Origin: a virus
Taxonomy: Duplodnaviria > Heunggongvirae > Uroviricota > Caudoviricetes
Virus record (IMG/VR): IMGVR_UViG_2703718872_000034
Direction: 5' to 3' (one strand)
Length of the DNA stretch: 37,292 nt
Positions within the stretch are counted from its first letter, which is position 1. The number at the start of each line of letters is the position of its first letter. Under the pieces are notes generated by a model. That model had not been told where the DNA came from. It saw only the letters and a program-made list of their open reading frames with translations, and searched no databases. Below, piece by piece: positions 27,817 to 36,179 of the stretch. The position numbers were made by a program, and so were the translations under genes.

Positions 27817-29857
27817 AGTTCCCTCCGTTCCAGACGTTCACATCAAGGCCATGCTGTGCGGTATCATCCACATCAATACTGCGTGCCCGCCAGCCTTCAG
27901 GGGCCACAAGCTCCACCCGTGCGGCGGTTTTCGCGGTGGCCTGTCCGCCATTTTCATCACTGCCCCGTAATTTCTGCCAGGCTTCGGTCAGCCATCCCCC
28001 CAGATAATCACCGAGATAACTGCCCACCGTGGAGCCAATGGCAACCCCGACCGGACCGGCGGCAGCCCCCAGCGCGCCACCGGCGATACTTCCGGCAAGG
28101 GAACCCATGGCACCGGCTTTATCAGCTGCACTGGCGCTGTTGTCCAGCAGTACAGGAGCCGCCATGGCACCGGCCCACAGGGCACCACCGCCCAGCCGAC
28201 CGGCACCACGGAACAACCCGGCAAAACGCCCCAGCCCCATGCGGTTTCCGGCAGCCGAAAGCAGACCACCTGCACGGCTCATCATACGACCGAAGAAGCC
28301 CTGTTTACCGGCGCTCTCTGCCAGTTGTTCGCCTGCGGTCACAACGGTCGGGACACCCCGCCCACGTCCGGGGCCGCGTTTTTTACGGCCGCGCACGGTT
28401 CTGCCGTCACCGCTGACCACCACATCCCCGCCACCTGATGCCAGACCACCCGCAGGCCAGTTGGTGACCAGTACGGGCTGAACGGCAGCAGGATTTACCC
28501 CGGTAAGAAAGTTCATAAAACGCTGGCCGCGTCCTGGCTGCGTGCCCGGAACGGTGGTCTGCGGTTTACGAAAAGGCGAGGTCAGCACAGCGGCCGTGGA
28601 TAACCCGTACCCCAACAATGCCGCCCCCGGTCGCAGTGCCCCAAGACCTATGGCGCGGACAGCCTTCAGCGCACGGGTGGCGAGATACATATACAGGAGA
28701 TATTTCGCGGCGGTCTGTGCGCCCTGAGCAATGCGATCCAGCGCATCGCCATAACCGGCGTCACGCAATGCCTGAAGCGTTTCCCTGACTTTCTGAATGG
28801 CCCGGTAAAAACCCGTCGCTGCGTCTCTGGCATACTCAAACCCCTGATTCAGGGCTGAGGCTGTTTGTGTGGCCAGCTTGTCCTGTAAGCCGCTTTTCTG
28901 TGCCGCATCGGCATAATCCAGGAAGCCTTTCAGGCTCTTTTTCAGGCTGTCAAATGGCCCTTTTGCCATTACTTCACGGGCAAATCCGTCCCAGACGTCG
29001 CCCATCATGGATGTCATCCCTGTCCATGAGTTCATGGCGTTTTTCTGGGCACCTTTTGCCTGTTCGGCCATCACCTGAAATAACAGCCGAATGCTGTCCG
29101 ATCCCAGTTTTCCTTTCTCGCCTTTCTCACGGATGATCTTCTGGTTTACACCCAGTTTATCGGCCAGCAACTGGTAAACGTTTATCCCGTATCCGGTCAG
29201 AATATTGGCGTCTGCGGCCTGGATACTCTGGCGGGCAAACATCTGTTTGAGTTGCAGGGACGCACCCTGTGCATCTGACAGTGACCAGCCGTGATAGCCG
29301 CCCTGATCCTGAAGCATGGTAATAAAGCGGCGGGCTTCCCTGTCACTCATACCGAACCCGCGACTGGAGGCGTATTCCTGCATAACCCCCGCCAGCCCCC
29401 AGGTGGTTTCCTTTGCGTTCTGTACCGCCCAGGCTTTCACTGCTTCCGTTTTTGCCGTATCGCCATGATTAATGGCATTGAGACGCAGAATATAGTTCTC
29501 CATCTCTGCGGCCGGGCGGATAAAGGCTTTATTAAAACCGTAGACCGCAGCCCCTCCTGCCAGCATCCCGTAAAGGTTGCTGAGACGTCCCAGTGTGCCG
29601 GTAATACTGCCCTGAAGACGGTCAAAATCCGACGTTACCGTGCGGATACTGCCACGGACACCGGCAAGCGTACGCTGCATACGGGAGCCGACAAGCTCTG
29701 TCTCCTGACCGGCACGGCGGGCTGCATTTCCAATACCACCCAGCCCCGTCCTGCCGACGCGGGAGAACGCTCCCAGCTCCTGTGACCACTGGCGGGATTT
29801 GGCGGAAACATTGCCGAGTAAATCGACAATCAGGGAGGCTTTCAGGTTTTTTGCCAT
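27803..29857 (-). CDS. tail tape measure protein
   Basis: 684 aa, Ala/Gly-rich, helical N-terminal half, located between chaperone and N-like genes. Confidence 0.85.
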   Translation of the reverse strand: MAKNLKASLIVDLLGNVSAKSRQWSQELGAFSRVGRTGLGGIGNAARRAGQETELVGSRMQRTLAGVRGSIRTVTSDFDRLQGSITGTLGRLSNLYGMLAGGAAVYGFNKAFIRPAAEMENYILRLNAINHGDTAKTEAVKAWAVQNAKETTWGLAGVMQEYASSRGFGMSDREARRFITMLQDQGGYHGWSLSDAQGASLQLKQMFARQSIQAADANILTGYGINVYQLLADKLGVNQKIIREKGEKGKLGSDSIRLLFQVMAEQAKGAQKNAMNSWTGMTSMMGDVWDGFAREVMAKGPFDSLKKSLKGFLDYADAAQKSGLQDKLATQTASALNQGFEYARDAATGFYRAIQKVRETLQALRDAGYGDALDRIAQGAQTAAKYLLYMYLATRALKAVRAIGLGALRPGAALLGYGLSTAAVLTSPFRKPQTTVPGTQPGRGQRFMNFLTGVNPAAVQPVLVTNWPAGGLASGGGDVVVSGDGRTVRGRKKRGPGRGRGVPTVVTAGEQLAESAGKQGFFGRMMSRAGGLLSAAGNRMGLGRFAGLFRGAGRLGGGALWAGAMAAPVLLDNSASAADKAGAMGSLAGSIAGGALGAAAGPVGVAIGSTVGSYLGDYLGGWLTEAWQKLRGSDENGGQATAKTAARVELVAPEGWRARSIDVDDTAQHGLDVNVWNGGNYGLY

Positions 29858-29984
29858 GGATTACTGCTTCGTTCTGAGAATTTTTTCCGTTTGTTGGCAG
29901 TGCCGGTAAAGTTGCGATAAGGGGAGGTTAAGTGCCCATTCCGGGCCGCTTCTGGTCACCATCCCCAGCACTATTGCCGCTTCT

Positions 29985-30461
29985 TCAATCTGCGCCCGAC
30001 ACTGCGCCTGCTCGCCCCCGATCAGCCGCCAGCTTTCCGGCAAGCGCTGTATCCAGCAGGCTGACCGCTGCCATCAGACGGGAGAGATCGCGCTCGCTTA
30101 ACTGTCCAATCTGGCGTTGTGACAACGGCCCCTGAATGTCACCGACAGCGGCAATCTGGCGACGCAGCAGCGCAATACCGCGCAGGGCCGGTGATGCCAC
30201 CAGAACCGGGCCATTTCGGGTTTCCATAAGACGTTCAGCATCGGTTTCCGCATCAATGCTGTCTTTCGCCGTCAGTTCACGGAAGGTGACGCGGTATTCA
30301 CGGGATTCCCCGAACGGCAGACCGTCGAGCAGATCCACATAGCCTTTCGCCAGTTGTTCAGCCAGACCGGCGGTGCGTGGATCGCCGTCCTCAAGTGCAT
30401 CACGGATAGCCTCAATAACGGCTTCGTCAGAAACCGCTGTTTTTTTCTTACGTGTGGTCAT
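29985..30461 (-). CDS. tail assembly chaperone (Mu gp41-like)
   Basis: 158 aa acidic protein between tube and tape measure; overlapping alternative-frame ORF 29861..30043 at its 3' end. Confidence 0.6.
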   Translation of the reverse strand: MTTRKKKTAVSDEAVIEAIRDALEDGDPRTAGLAEQLAKGYVDLLDGLPFGESREYRVTFRELTAKDSIDAETDAERLMETRNGPVLVASPALRGIALLRRQIAAVGDIQGPLSQRQIGQLSERDLSRLMAAVSLLDTALAGKLAADRGRAGAVSGAD

Positions 30462-30475
30462 TTTATTTTTCCTGA

Positions 30476-30841
30476 TTACTGGACACGGGTACTGGTGGCA
30501 CTGGCGAACTTCGCGGAGATCTCCCCGCCACCGTCAAGTGAGGCCGGTTCACTGCTCCAGGCCTTCGTCATCATGTGGACTTCGCCGGTGTCCGCCACAA
30601 ACTCGATAGTGACCGCAGTCCAGGTGTTGATTTCATCAGCGGCCGGTGAACCGTCTCCGCCTGCCGGAAATTTGCAGTCCAGCGTCGCTTCACGTGGTTT
30701 CTCGCGATAGCCATAGACTTTTGCGCCTTTCACCACTTCACGCTCAAAGCCGGACGGGGAGAACGTGGCCCCCTCAAGGGTGGAGTATTCCTGACCGTTC
30801 ACACGGATAGTGGCCGTGCCCTGATACTGTTTTCCGCTCAT
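30476..30841 (-). CDS. tail tube protein (Mu gp40-like)
   Basis: 121 aa; RBS GAGGTAAG before ATG; follows sheath C-terminal fragment. Confidence 0.75.
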   Translation of the reverse strand: MSGKQYQGTATIRVNGQEYSTLEGATFSPSGFEREVVKGAKVYGYREKPREATLDCKFPAGGDGSPAADEINTWTAVTIEFVADTGEVHMMTKAWSSEPASLDGGGEISAKFASATSTRVQ

Positions 30842-30849
30842 GTCTTACC

Positions 30850-30977
30850 TCACAAAATGAAACGGATCTGCGCTGCCATGAAGCGGAACTGGTTAACCAG
30901 ATCCGGTGTACACATCACATCCAGACGGTTACGATCAGTTGTGTTACGCTCCACAAGCAGATTGTTTTTAAATACCT
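30850..30977 (-). pseudogene. tail sheath gene, C-terminal fragment (about 42 codons plus stop)
   Basis: Minus-strand frame ...VFKNNLLVERNTTDRNRLDVMCTPDLVNQFRFMAAQIRFIL-stop ending 9 nt before tube start; in frame with sheath N-terminal fragment across shared AGGTA. Confidence 0.6.
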
Positions 30978-30990
30978 CGGTTTACGGGAA
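30965..30990. other. gix-like recombination site, hybrid (degenerate left half, consensus-like right half GGTTTACGGGAA, centre TC)
   Basis: Right half nearly identical to the reverse complement of the left half of the site next to gin; resembles the Mu gix consensus core AAACC-NN-GGTTT. Confidence 0.6.
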
Positions 30991-31359
30991 ACGGTAAACA
31001 GGGCTGCAAATGCCCTGCCATCGAATGGTACAGCCGTAGCGGCAAACAAGCTGTCTGCGGCACGTAAAATTAACGGTGTTGCGTTCGATGGCACAAAGGA
31101 CATCACTATTACATCCGGGATGACCCAGGCTACAGCAGACGGCAGATATGTTCGTAATGTGCAACTTGGTGCTCAGAGCCGCCACTCTCCTGCGGGTAAT
31201 GAAGTCACCTGGGATTATAAAACGCCAGCAGGTTGTATGCTTTCCGGTATTCATGTACAGGATACCGGCTCCCGGTCTGCGGATAATATCGGTGGGGTCT
31301 ATTATCGCCCGGTTCAGATTTATATTAATAATGCCTGGAGAACGGTGAGTTCAGTGTAA
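30978..31359 (+). CDS. tail fibre variable C-terminal part Sv (no own start; fuses to Sc)
   Basis: Frame open from the gix site: GLRETVNRAANALPSNGTAVAANKLSAARKINGVAFDG...GVYYRPVQIYINNAWRTV; typical fibre repeat and C-terminus. Confidence 0.7.
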
Positions 31360-31366
31360 ACCACAG

Positions 31367-31387
31367 AAAAGGGTGCTGAATGCACCC
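31367..31387 (-). terminator. hairpin (GGGTGC / GCACCC) with A/T-rich flanks between convergent Sv and tfa
   Basis: 6-bp perfect inverted repeat; a U-tract follows the stem on the minus-strand transcript. Confidence 0.45.
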
Positions 31388-31393
31388 TCTGAA

Positions 31394-31966
31394 TTATTCC
31401 GGTTTTTCCGGCCAGGGAATCGCCTGGTAATGCCCCTCACTGGCAATATCATTAAAGTGCATTTCTTTAAGCTGTCGGATATACGCCATCCAGCGCGTCA
31501 GCTTTAATTTATTTTCATCGCTAATCATGTCCAGTTTTAATTCTGTTTTCCAGTCATCCACGGTTCCGTTGGCCTCCTGGAGCAGCGATGAGCGGCGATT
31601 TTCAGCAACCGTCTTCCAGTTTACCGGCACCTTTGATATCAGGCCATCAGAAAACTGCCAGTTACCGTCAATATTCACACCTTCCGGCAGTTCGTCCACT
31701 TCAACAACAGTAAAACCTGCCGGATATAAAGCAGAGACATCTTCAGCAACAGAGCAGATAATGCCCGTTACAGGCGAAATACAGAGTTTGTATTTCTTTG
31801 TGAAAAGCGGGATAGATTCATAAAAATCCCTTCCGTCCTCACTCTGGAAATACTGAACATCCTCACCATAGGGTTTGTCTTTCGGGTAATATCGTTTGAC
31901 ATTAATCAGTTGCATAAACATCACCATGTAAATCAATGATAAAAACAGGAATAATACTATCGCCAT
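31394..31966 (-). CDS. tail fibre assembly protein (Mu U / P2 G family)
   Basis: C-terminal ...HYQAIPWPEKPE motif typical of tail fibre assembly proteins; start at 31966 or internal ATG 31915. Confidence 0.7.
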   Translation of the reverse strand: MAIVLFLFLSLIYMVMFMQLINVKRYYPKDKPYGEDVQYFQSEDGRDFYESIPLFTKKYKLCISPVTGIICSVAEDVSALYPAGFTVVEVDELPEGVNIDGNWQFSDGLISKVPVNWKTVAENRRSSLLQEANGTVDDWKTELKLDMISDENKLKLTRWMAYIRQLKEMHFNDIASEGHYQAIPWPEKPE

Positions 31967-32036
31967 ATACAGGCAATGCTTGTCTGAAATAACGCATATT
32001 TCAGATGCTGGCTGCTGTGTGCTATGCCCCCGTTAA

Positions 32037-32404
32037 TTAAATACTTGCAGCGGATACCCAATGCCCATTAATACAATATTGTATCTGTCTGTAATAAACA
32101 CGCTCATCACCACCACGCATTTCCCAGTCTCCGTTAGTCTTAAAACCGGTAATCACATTTCCTGATGACAGGGAGTAATTATATTCCAGTCCGCCGCTTA
32201 ATGCCTGCGCTCCCAGTCTTACCCCTGTAACATAACGCTGATTGGCCGTTGATTCCGGCATTCCTGACGTAATGTTTATATCCTGCGTGCCGTCAAAGGC
32301 GACACCATTGATTCTGCGGGCATTTGCCAGCCTGCTTGCTGCAACAGCCGTACCGTTTGATGGCAGGGCATTCGCGGCCCTGTTTACAGTATCCCGTAAA
32401 CCGA
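32037..32404 (-). CDS. alternative tail fibre variable C-terminal part Sv' (no own start)
   Basis: Minus-strand frame open from gix site: GLRDTVNRAANALPSNGTAVAASRLANARRINGVAFDG...RVYYRQIQYCINGHWV; N-terminal 20 aa nearly identical to Sv. Confidence 0.7.
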
Positions 32405-32416
32405 GGTTTCAGGGAT
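32391..32416. other. gix-like recombination site (ATCCCGTAAACC-GA-GGTTTCAGGGAT), near-palindromic
   Basis: 12-2-12 inverted repeat read directly; resembles Mu gix/hix family; 55 bp upstream of gin. Confidence 0.7.
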
Positions 32417-32470
32417 GCCGTATATCTGCTTTAAAAGGCCTTTCCACCTCTTTTTAAGGAAGGTAAATAC

Positions 32471-33031
32471 ATGCTGATTGGCTATATACGCGTATCAACA
32501 AATGACCAGAACACAGGTTTACAAAGAAATGCGCTGGAATGTGCAGGATGTGAGCAGATTTTTGAAGATAAAATGAGCGGAAAAACAACGCAGCGGCCGG
32601 GACTGAAGCGGGCACTGAAGAAACTAAAACCCGGTGACACGCTGATGGTATGGAAACTGGACAGGCTGGGGCGCAGTATGCGCCACCTTGTTGCGCTGAC
32701 AGATGAATTACAGCAACAGGGGATAAATTTTCGTAGTCTTACTGACAACATTGATACGTCAACCCCTATGGGGCGCTTCTTTTTTCACATAATGGGTGCG
32801 CTGGCAGAAATGGAGCGTGAACTGATTGTCGAACGGACACGGGCTGGTCTTGCAGCTGCCCGTGAAAGGGGACGAACCGGCGGCAGACCCCGTCGTCTCA
32901 CGCAGGAACAATACGAGCAGGTCGGGCGTTTACTGGCCGGGGGTGTCAGCCGAAGACAGGTGGCACTTATTTTTGATATCGGCCTTTCAACCCTTTATCG
33001 TTATTATCCTGCGAGCGTTTCGGAAAAATAA
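32471..33031 (+). CDS. gin: serine DNA invertase Gin (Gin/Hin/Pin/Cin family)
   Basis: 186 aa; N-terminus MLIGYIRVSTNDQNTGLQ with catalytic Ser in YIRVST, C-terminal HTH; near identity by recall to Mu Gin; RBS AAGGAAGG. Confidence 0.92.
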   Translation: MLIGYIRVSTNDQNTGLQRNALECAGCEQIFEDKMSGKTTQRPGLKRALKKLKPGDTLMVWKLDRLGRSMRHLVALTDELQQQGINFRSLTDNIDTSTPMGRFFFHIMGALAEMERELIVERTRAGLAAARERGRTGGRPRRLTQEQYEQVGRLLAGGVSRRQVALIFDIGLSTLYRYYPASVSEK

Positions 33032-33130
33032 GACGCTCTCTTTGTTGGGCCTTTACTGAATTAACGCAAAATGGCGTTTATCGGTCTGTGGATATGATAA
33101 TTCTGTTTATTCAGGAACAGGCTGATTATT

Positions 33131-35173
33131 ATGACGTCCAAATGGGTTCAACTATCATCAATGCCCGGAAACTTTACCGTTAAAGTTTCCGGTGGTACAG
33201 CGGCATTTCTTGAGGCTCCCTTTCCTCCGGTCGAAACAAAAGGAGGAATGACATTTGCTGACTGTCTCATCAGTTTTAATACACGGGATTGCCTGTGGGT
33301 AAGGCCAGTATCCGGTAATCCGAGTGTGGAAATTACCGGAGCAGGTATCGGTGCGGTCATTCCGTTAAGTGCTGATGTTGCCGGTACTGCTGAACCGTCA
33401 GACTGGGATAATGCTGAAACACATACCCGTCCGTCAGGAAATGAAACTGCTTCCAGCTCCCCTTCCTGGTATTACGTGGTGGTTCTTGCTGGTCAGTCAA
33501 ACGGTATGGCTTACGGTGAAGGTCTGCCACTGCCGGAGACATATGATCGCCCCGAACCGCGTATTATGCAGTTAGCCCGTCGCAGTACAGTCACGCCGGG
33601 AGGTAAAGCCTGTCAGTATAACGACATCATTCTGGCCGACCACTGTCTGCATGATGTGCAGGATATGAGTGGAAAAAATCACCCGAAAGCGGATGTGGCT
33701 AAAGGGCAATATGGCACCGTGGGTCAGGGGCTTCACATTGCCAAAAAACTGCTGCCGTTTATTCCGGCAGATGCGGGGATTCTGCTGGTTCCCTGCTGCC
33801 GTGGTGGTTCTGCATTCACGGCGGGTGCTGACGGCACGTACAGTGACAGCGCGGGTGCTTCAGAGAACTCAGCCCGCTGGGGTGTGGATAAGCCGTTGTA
33901 TAAGGATTTAATCAGCCGGACAAAAGCGGCGCTGGCGAAGAACCCGAAAAACCGCCTGCTTGCCGTGGTGTGGATGCAGGGTGAGTTTGATATTGATGCG
34001 AAGCCGACGGAGCATTCCGCGCTGTTTCTGGCGATGGTGGAAAAATTCCGCACAGACCTGGCTGAAAAAGCAGAGCAGTGTATTGGTGGTCGAACTGAAA
34101 CTGTGCCGTGGATTTGTGGCGATACCACGTATTTCTGGAAAAAGAAAAATGAACCGGCATATCAGGCAATCTATGGCGGCTACAAAAATAAAACAGATAA
34201 AAACATTCATTTCGTCCCATTAATGACAGATGAAAATGGCGCGAATGTACCCACCAACAATCCGGCAGAGGACCCGGATATTGAATCCATTGGTTATTAC
34301 GGCTCAACGTGGCGTAACAATGCTGCCACCTGGACATCTGCGGACCGGGCCAGTCATTTCAGTGCCTGGGCGCGCCGTGGGATTGTTTCCGACCGTCTGG
34401 CCACGGCTGTTCTGACTCACGCAGGGCGAACCACAGTAAAAGCCGATGTTCCATCTTCTGAAACTGATGCGCCAACGCCGTCACCTTCAGAAGCTGAAAC
34501 AGTAACCACAACAACACTGCTGTCTTACCGTGCCAGTGAGTCTGAAGGGAAGCTGACCGAACAGGGCTGGAGTGCAGGTGGAGGTAAAGCGGAAATTGTT
34601 GCCGATGAAGGTGCAACTGGTGGAACCGCGATGAAGCTGAGCAAGGAGACGGGTAAAGGATCATGGCATCTGGAGCATGATGCCGGTACTGGCGCTGAAC
34701 TGCTGAAAAATGGCGGCTTAATCAGTTGCCGCTTTAAGGCATCCAGTGAACTGGTGGCAAATCAGTATGTCATTGCACTTTACTGGCCGGTTTCCTCTCT
34801 GCCGCAGGGTGTCACCCTGACAGGGGAAGCAGGGAATAATCTGCTGGCAGCGTTCTACATCCAGACAGACGCAAAAGACCTGAATGTGATGTACCACAAT
34901 GCAAAAGTGGCGACAAATAACCTGAAGCTGGGAACCTTTGGCGCATTTGATAATGAGTGGCATACGCTGGCCTTCCGCTTTGCCGGGAATAACAGCCTTC
35001 AGGTGACGCCGGTTATTGATGGTCAGGACAGTACACCGTTCACGCTGACGCAGTCACCGGTCAGTGCATTTGCGGCGGATAAACTGCATGTGACAGACAT
35101 TACCAAAAATGCGACTTACCCGGTGCTGATTGACAGCATTGTGGTGGAAGTGAAAAAAGCGGTAACAGAATAA
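33131..35173 (+). CDS. SGNH/SASA-type carbohydrate esterase, prophage NanS-like sialate O-acetylesterase candidate
   Basis: 680 aa; VVLAGQSNGMAYGEG motif (GQSN catalytic block of the SASA family); N-terminal non-catalytic region, central esterase region, C-terminal Thr/Ser-rich linker and about 220-aa possible carbohydrate-binding domain. Confidence 0.65.
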   Translation: MTSKWVQLSSMPGNFTVKVSGGTAAFLEAPFPPVETKGGMTFADCLISFNTRDCLWVRPVSGNPSVEITGAGIGAVIPLSADVAGTAEPSDWDNAETHTRPSGNETASSSPSWYYVVVLAGQSNGMAYGEGLPLPETYDRPEPRIMQLARRSTVTPGGKACQYNDIILADHCLHDVQDMSGKNHPKADVAKGQYGTVGQGLHIAKKLLPFIPADAGILLVPCCRGGSAFTAGADGTYSDSAGASENSARWGVDKPLYKDLISRTKAALAKNPKNRLLAVVWMQGEFDIDAKPTEHSALFLAMVEKFRTDLAEKAEQCIGGRTETVPWICGDTTYFWKKKNEPAYQAIYGGYKNKTDKNIHFVPLMTDENGANVPTNNPAEDPDIESIGYYGSTWRNNAATWTSADRASHFSAWARRGIVSDRLATAVLTHAGRTTVKADVPSSETDAPTPSPSEAETVTTTTLLSYRASESEGKLTEQGWSAGGGKAEIVADEGATGGTAMKLSKETGKGSWHLEHDAGTGAELLKNGGLISCRFKASSELVANQYVIALYWPVSSLPQGVTLTGEAGNNLLAAFYIQTDAKDLNVMYHNAKVATNNLKLGTFGAFDNEWHTLAFRFAGNNSLQVTPVIDGQDSTPFTLTQSPVSAFAADKLHVTDITKNATYPVLIDSIVVEVKKAVTE

Positions 35174-35207
35174 AAAAAATCCCGCCGGTCATGATATGGC
35201 TGGCGGG
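35172..35207 (-). terminator. hairpin (CCCGCCGG / CTGGCGGG) adjacent to an A8/T8 tract; terminator-like for minus-strand transcription
   Basis: Imperfect 8-bp GC stem followed on the minus strand by TTTTTTTT; sits right after the esterase stop codon. Confidence 0.45.
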
Positions 35208-35320
35208 AGCTACCTAACCCATAAAGGAAAATAAAAATACTACCGAAGGAGTAGTTATCAGTCACTTCGATGTTTTTACCCGATAACGAATTATGTAGTC
35301 AATATCAAAGGTAAGGTTAT

Positions 35321-35503
35321 ATGACATTCGTTCATACAATGCTGCTTTATTTCTGCGCTGTGGTCAGTGCGTTATATCTGGTGAGCGGCGGTTATAAGGT
35401 CATCAGAAATTATATTCGCCGTAAAATTGATGATGCGGCAGCTGAAAAACTCAGTAAAACAGCACAGGCACCGTCATCCCCAAACGACCCGACCCCGCTC
35501 TGA
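35321..35503 (+). CDS. small putative membrane protein (60 aa)
   Basis: ORF with AAGGTAAGG-like RBS; single hydrophobic helix LLYFCAVVSALYLVSGG. Confidence 0.3.
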   Translation: MTFVHTMLLYFCAVVSALYLVSGGYKVIRNYIRRKIDDAAAEKLSKTAQAPSSPNDPTPL

Positions 35504-35538
35504 TAACGGGGCAATATACCTGCAAAAGGAGAATATTC

Positions 35539-35784
35539 ATGCCAGAGATTAAAGGCACGGTTACTGAAGAGCTTGTCAAACAGGCACTTTATTCTGAAGA
35601 AGTGAACCGCGTGCTGAAGGCGCAGGTTCGCAAGGATTTTGAGGCACAAATTGACGCATATGTTGATGAAGTGCTGGCCCGAATGGTTGGTCGTTCTCCG
35701 GCTGAAAACAGCACGGAAAATGAGCCTCAACCCGTAGAGCAACCAGAGCCGGTCCAGCCCGGAACTGACGGTACTATGATGTAA
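35539..35784 (+). CDS. small acidic hypothetical protein (81 aa)
   Basis: Strong RBS AAAGGAGAA 7 nt before ATG; helical N-terminus and Pro/Glu-rich tail. Confidence 0.4.
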   Translation: MPEIKGTVTEELVKQALYSEEVNRVLKAQVRKDFEAQIDAYVDEVLARMVGRSPAENSTENEPQPVEQPEPVQPGTDGTMM

Positions 35785-35822
35785 CAATACCGACCGGCAG
35801 GTTTCCCTGCCGGGTGAATTTG

Positions 35823-35993
35823 TTAATGCACGTTTTGTGTATTTTCCCTCCGGGGAGAACAGGCAGGACATATCAGCATCCTGAAACAGGAAGCATTTTT
35901 TGGTTTGTATGTCTTGCCATTTTGAGATCGAGAACGGCGATAGATGAGCTGTAAGGGAGTCTTACAGGCAGGGCAAACAGGCTCTTTATCCAT
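35823..35993 (-). CDS. small Cys-rich zinc-finger-like protein (56 aa), divergent from com
   Basis: Minus-strand ORF with AAAAGGAG RBS before ATG at 35993; CPAC...C...CPAC arrangement. Confidence 0.35.
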   Translation of the reverse strand: MDKEPVCPACKTPLQLIYRRSRSQNGKTYKPKNASCFRMLICPACSPRRENTQNVH

Positions 35994-36179
35994 GATAAAG
36001 ATCTCCTTTTTATGCATCTCTGCTTTACAGGAGACCGGGGAATATCATAGGATACGCCACGAGCTCGAAGTAAAGCATTGATGCAAGTTTTTACAGATTG
36101 ACCCAGCATAGTTCCAGCTATGCTGGGTTTCCCTTTTATGTAGTATCCTGTTGATTTGAAACATACTACATATACGCGC

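Larger units (their letters stand above)
30978..32404. mobile_element. G-like invertible DNA segment (about 1.4 kb) bounded by inverted gix-like sites
   Basis: Inverted crossover sites at 30965..30990 and 32391..32416; inverted homology extending about 60 bp inward; contains Sv (+), one tfa (-), Sv' (-); gin adjacent. Confidence 0.7.

Noticed and set aside
30915-31254. Minus-strand ORFs 30915..31106 and 30982..31254 near the gix site
   Set aside because: They lie antisense to the Sv coding frame, which has clear tail-fibre sequence features; likely spurious.
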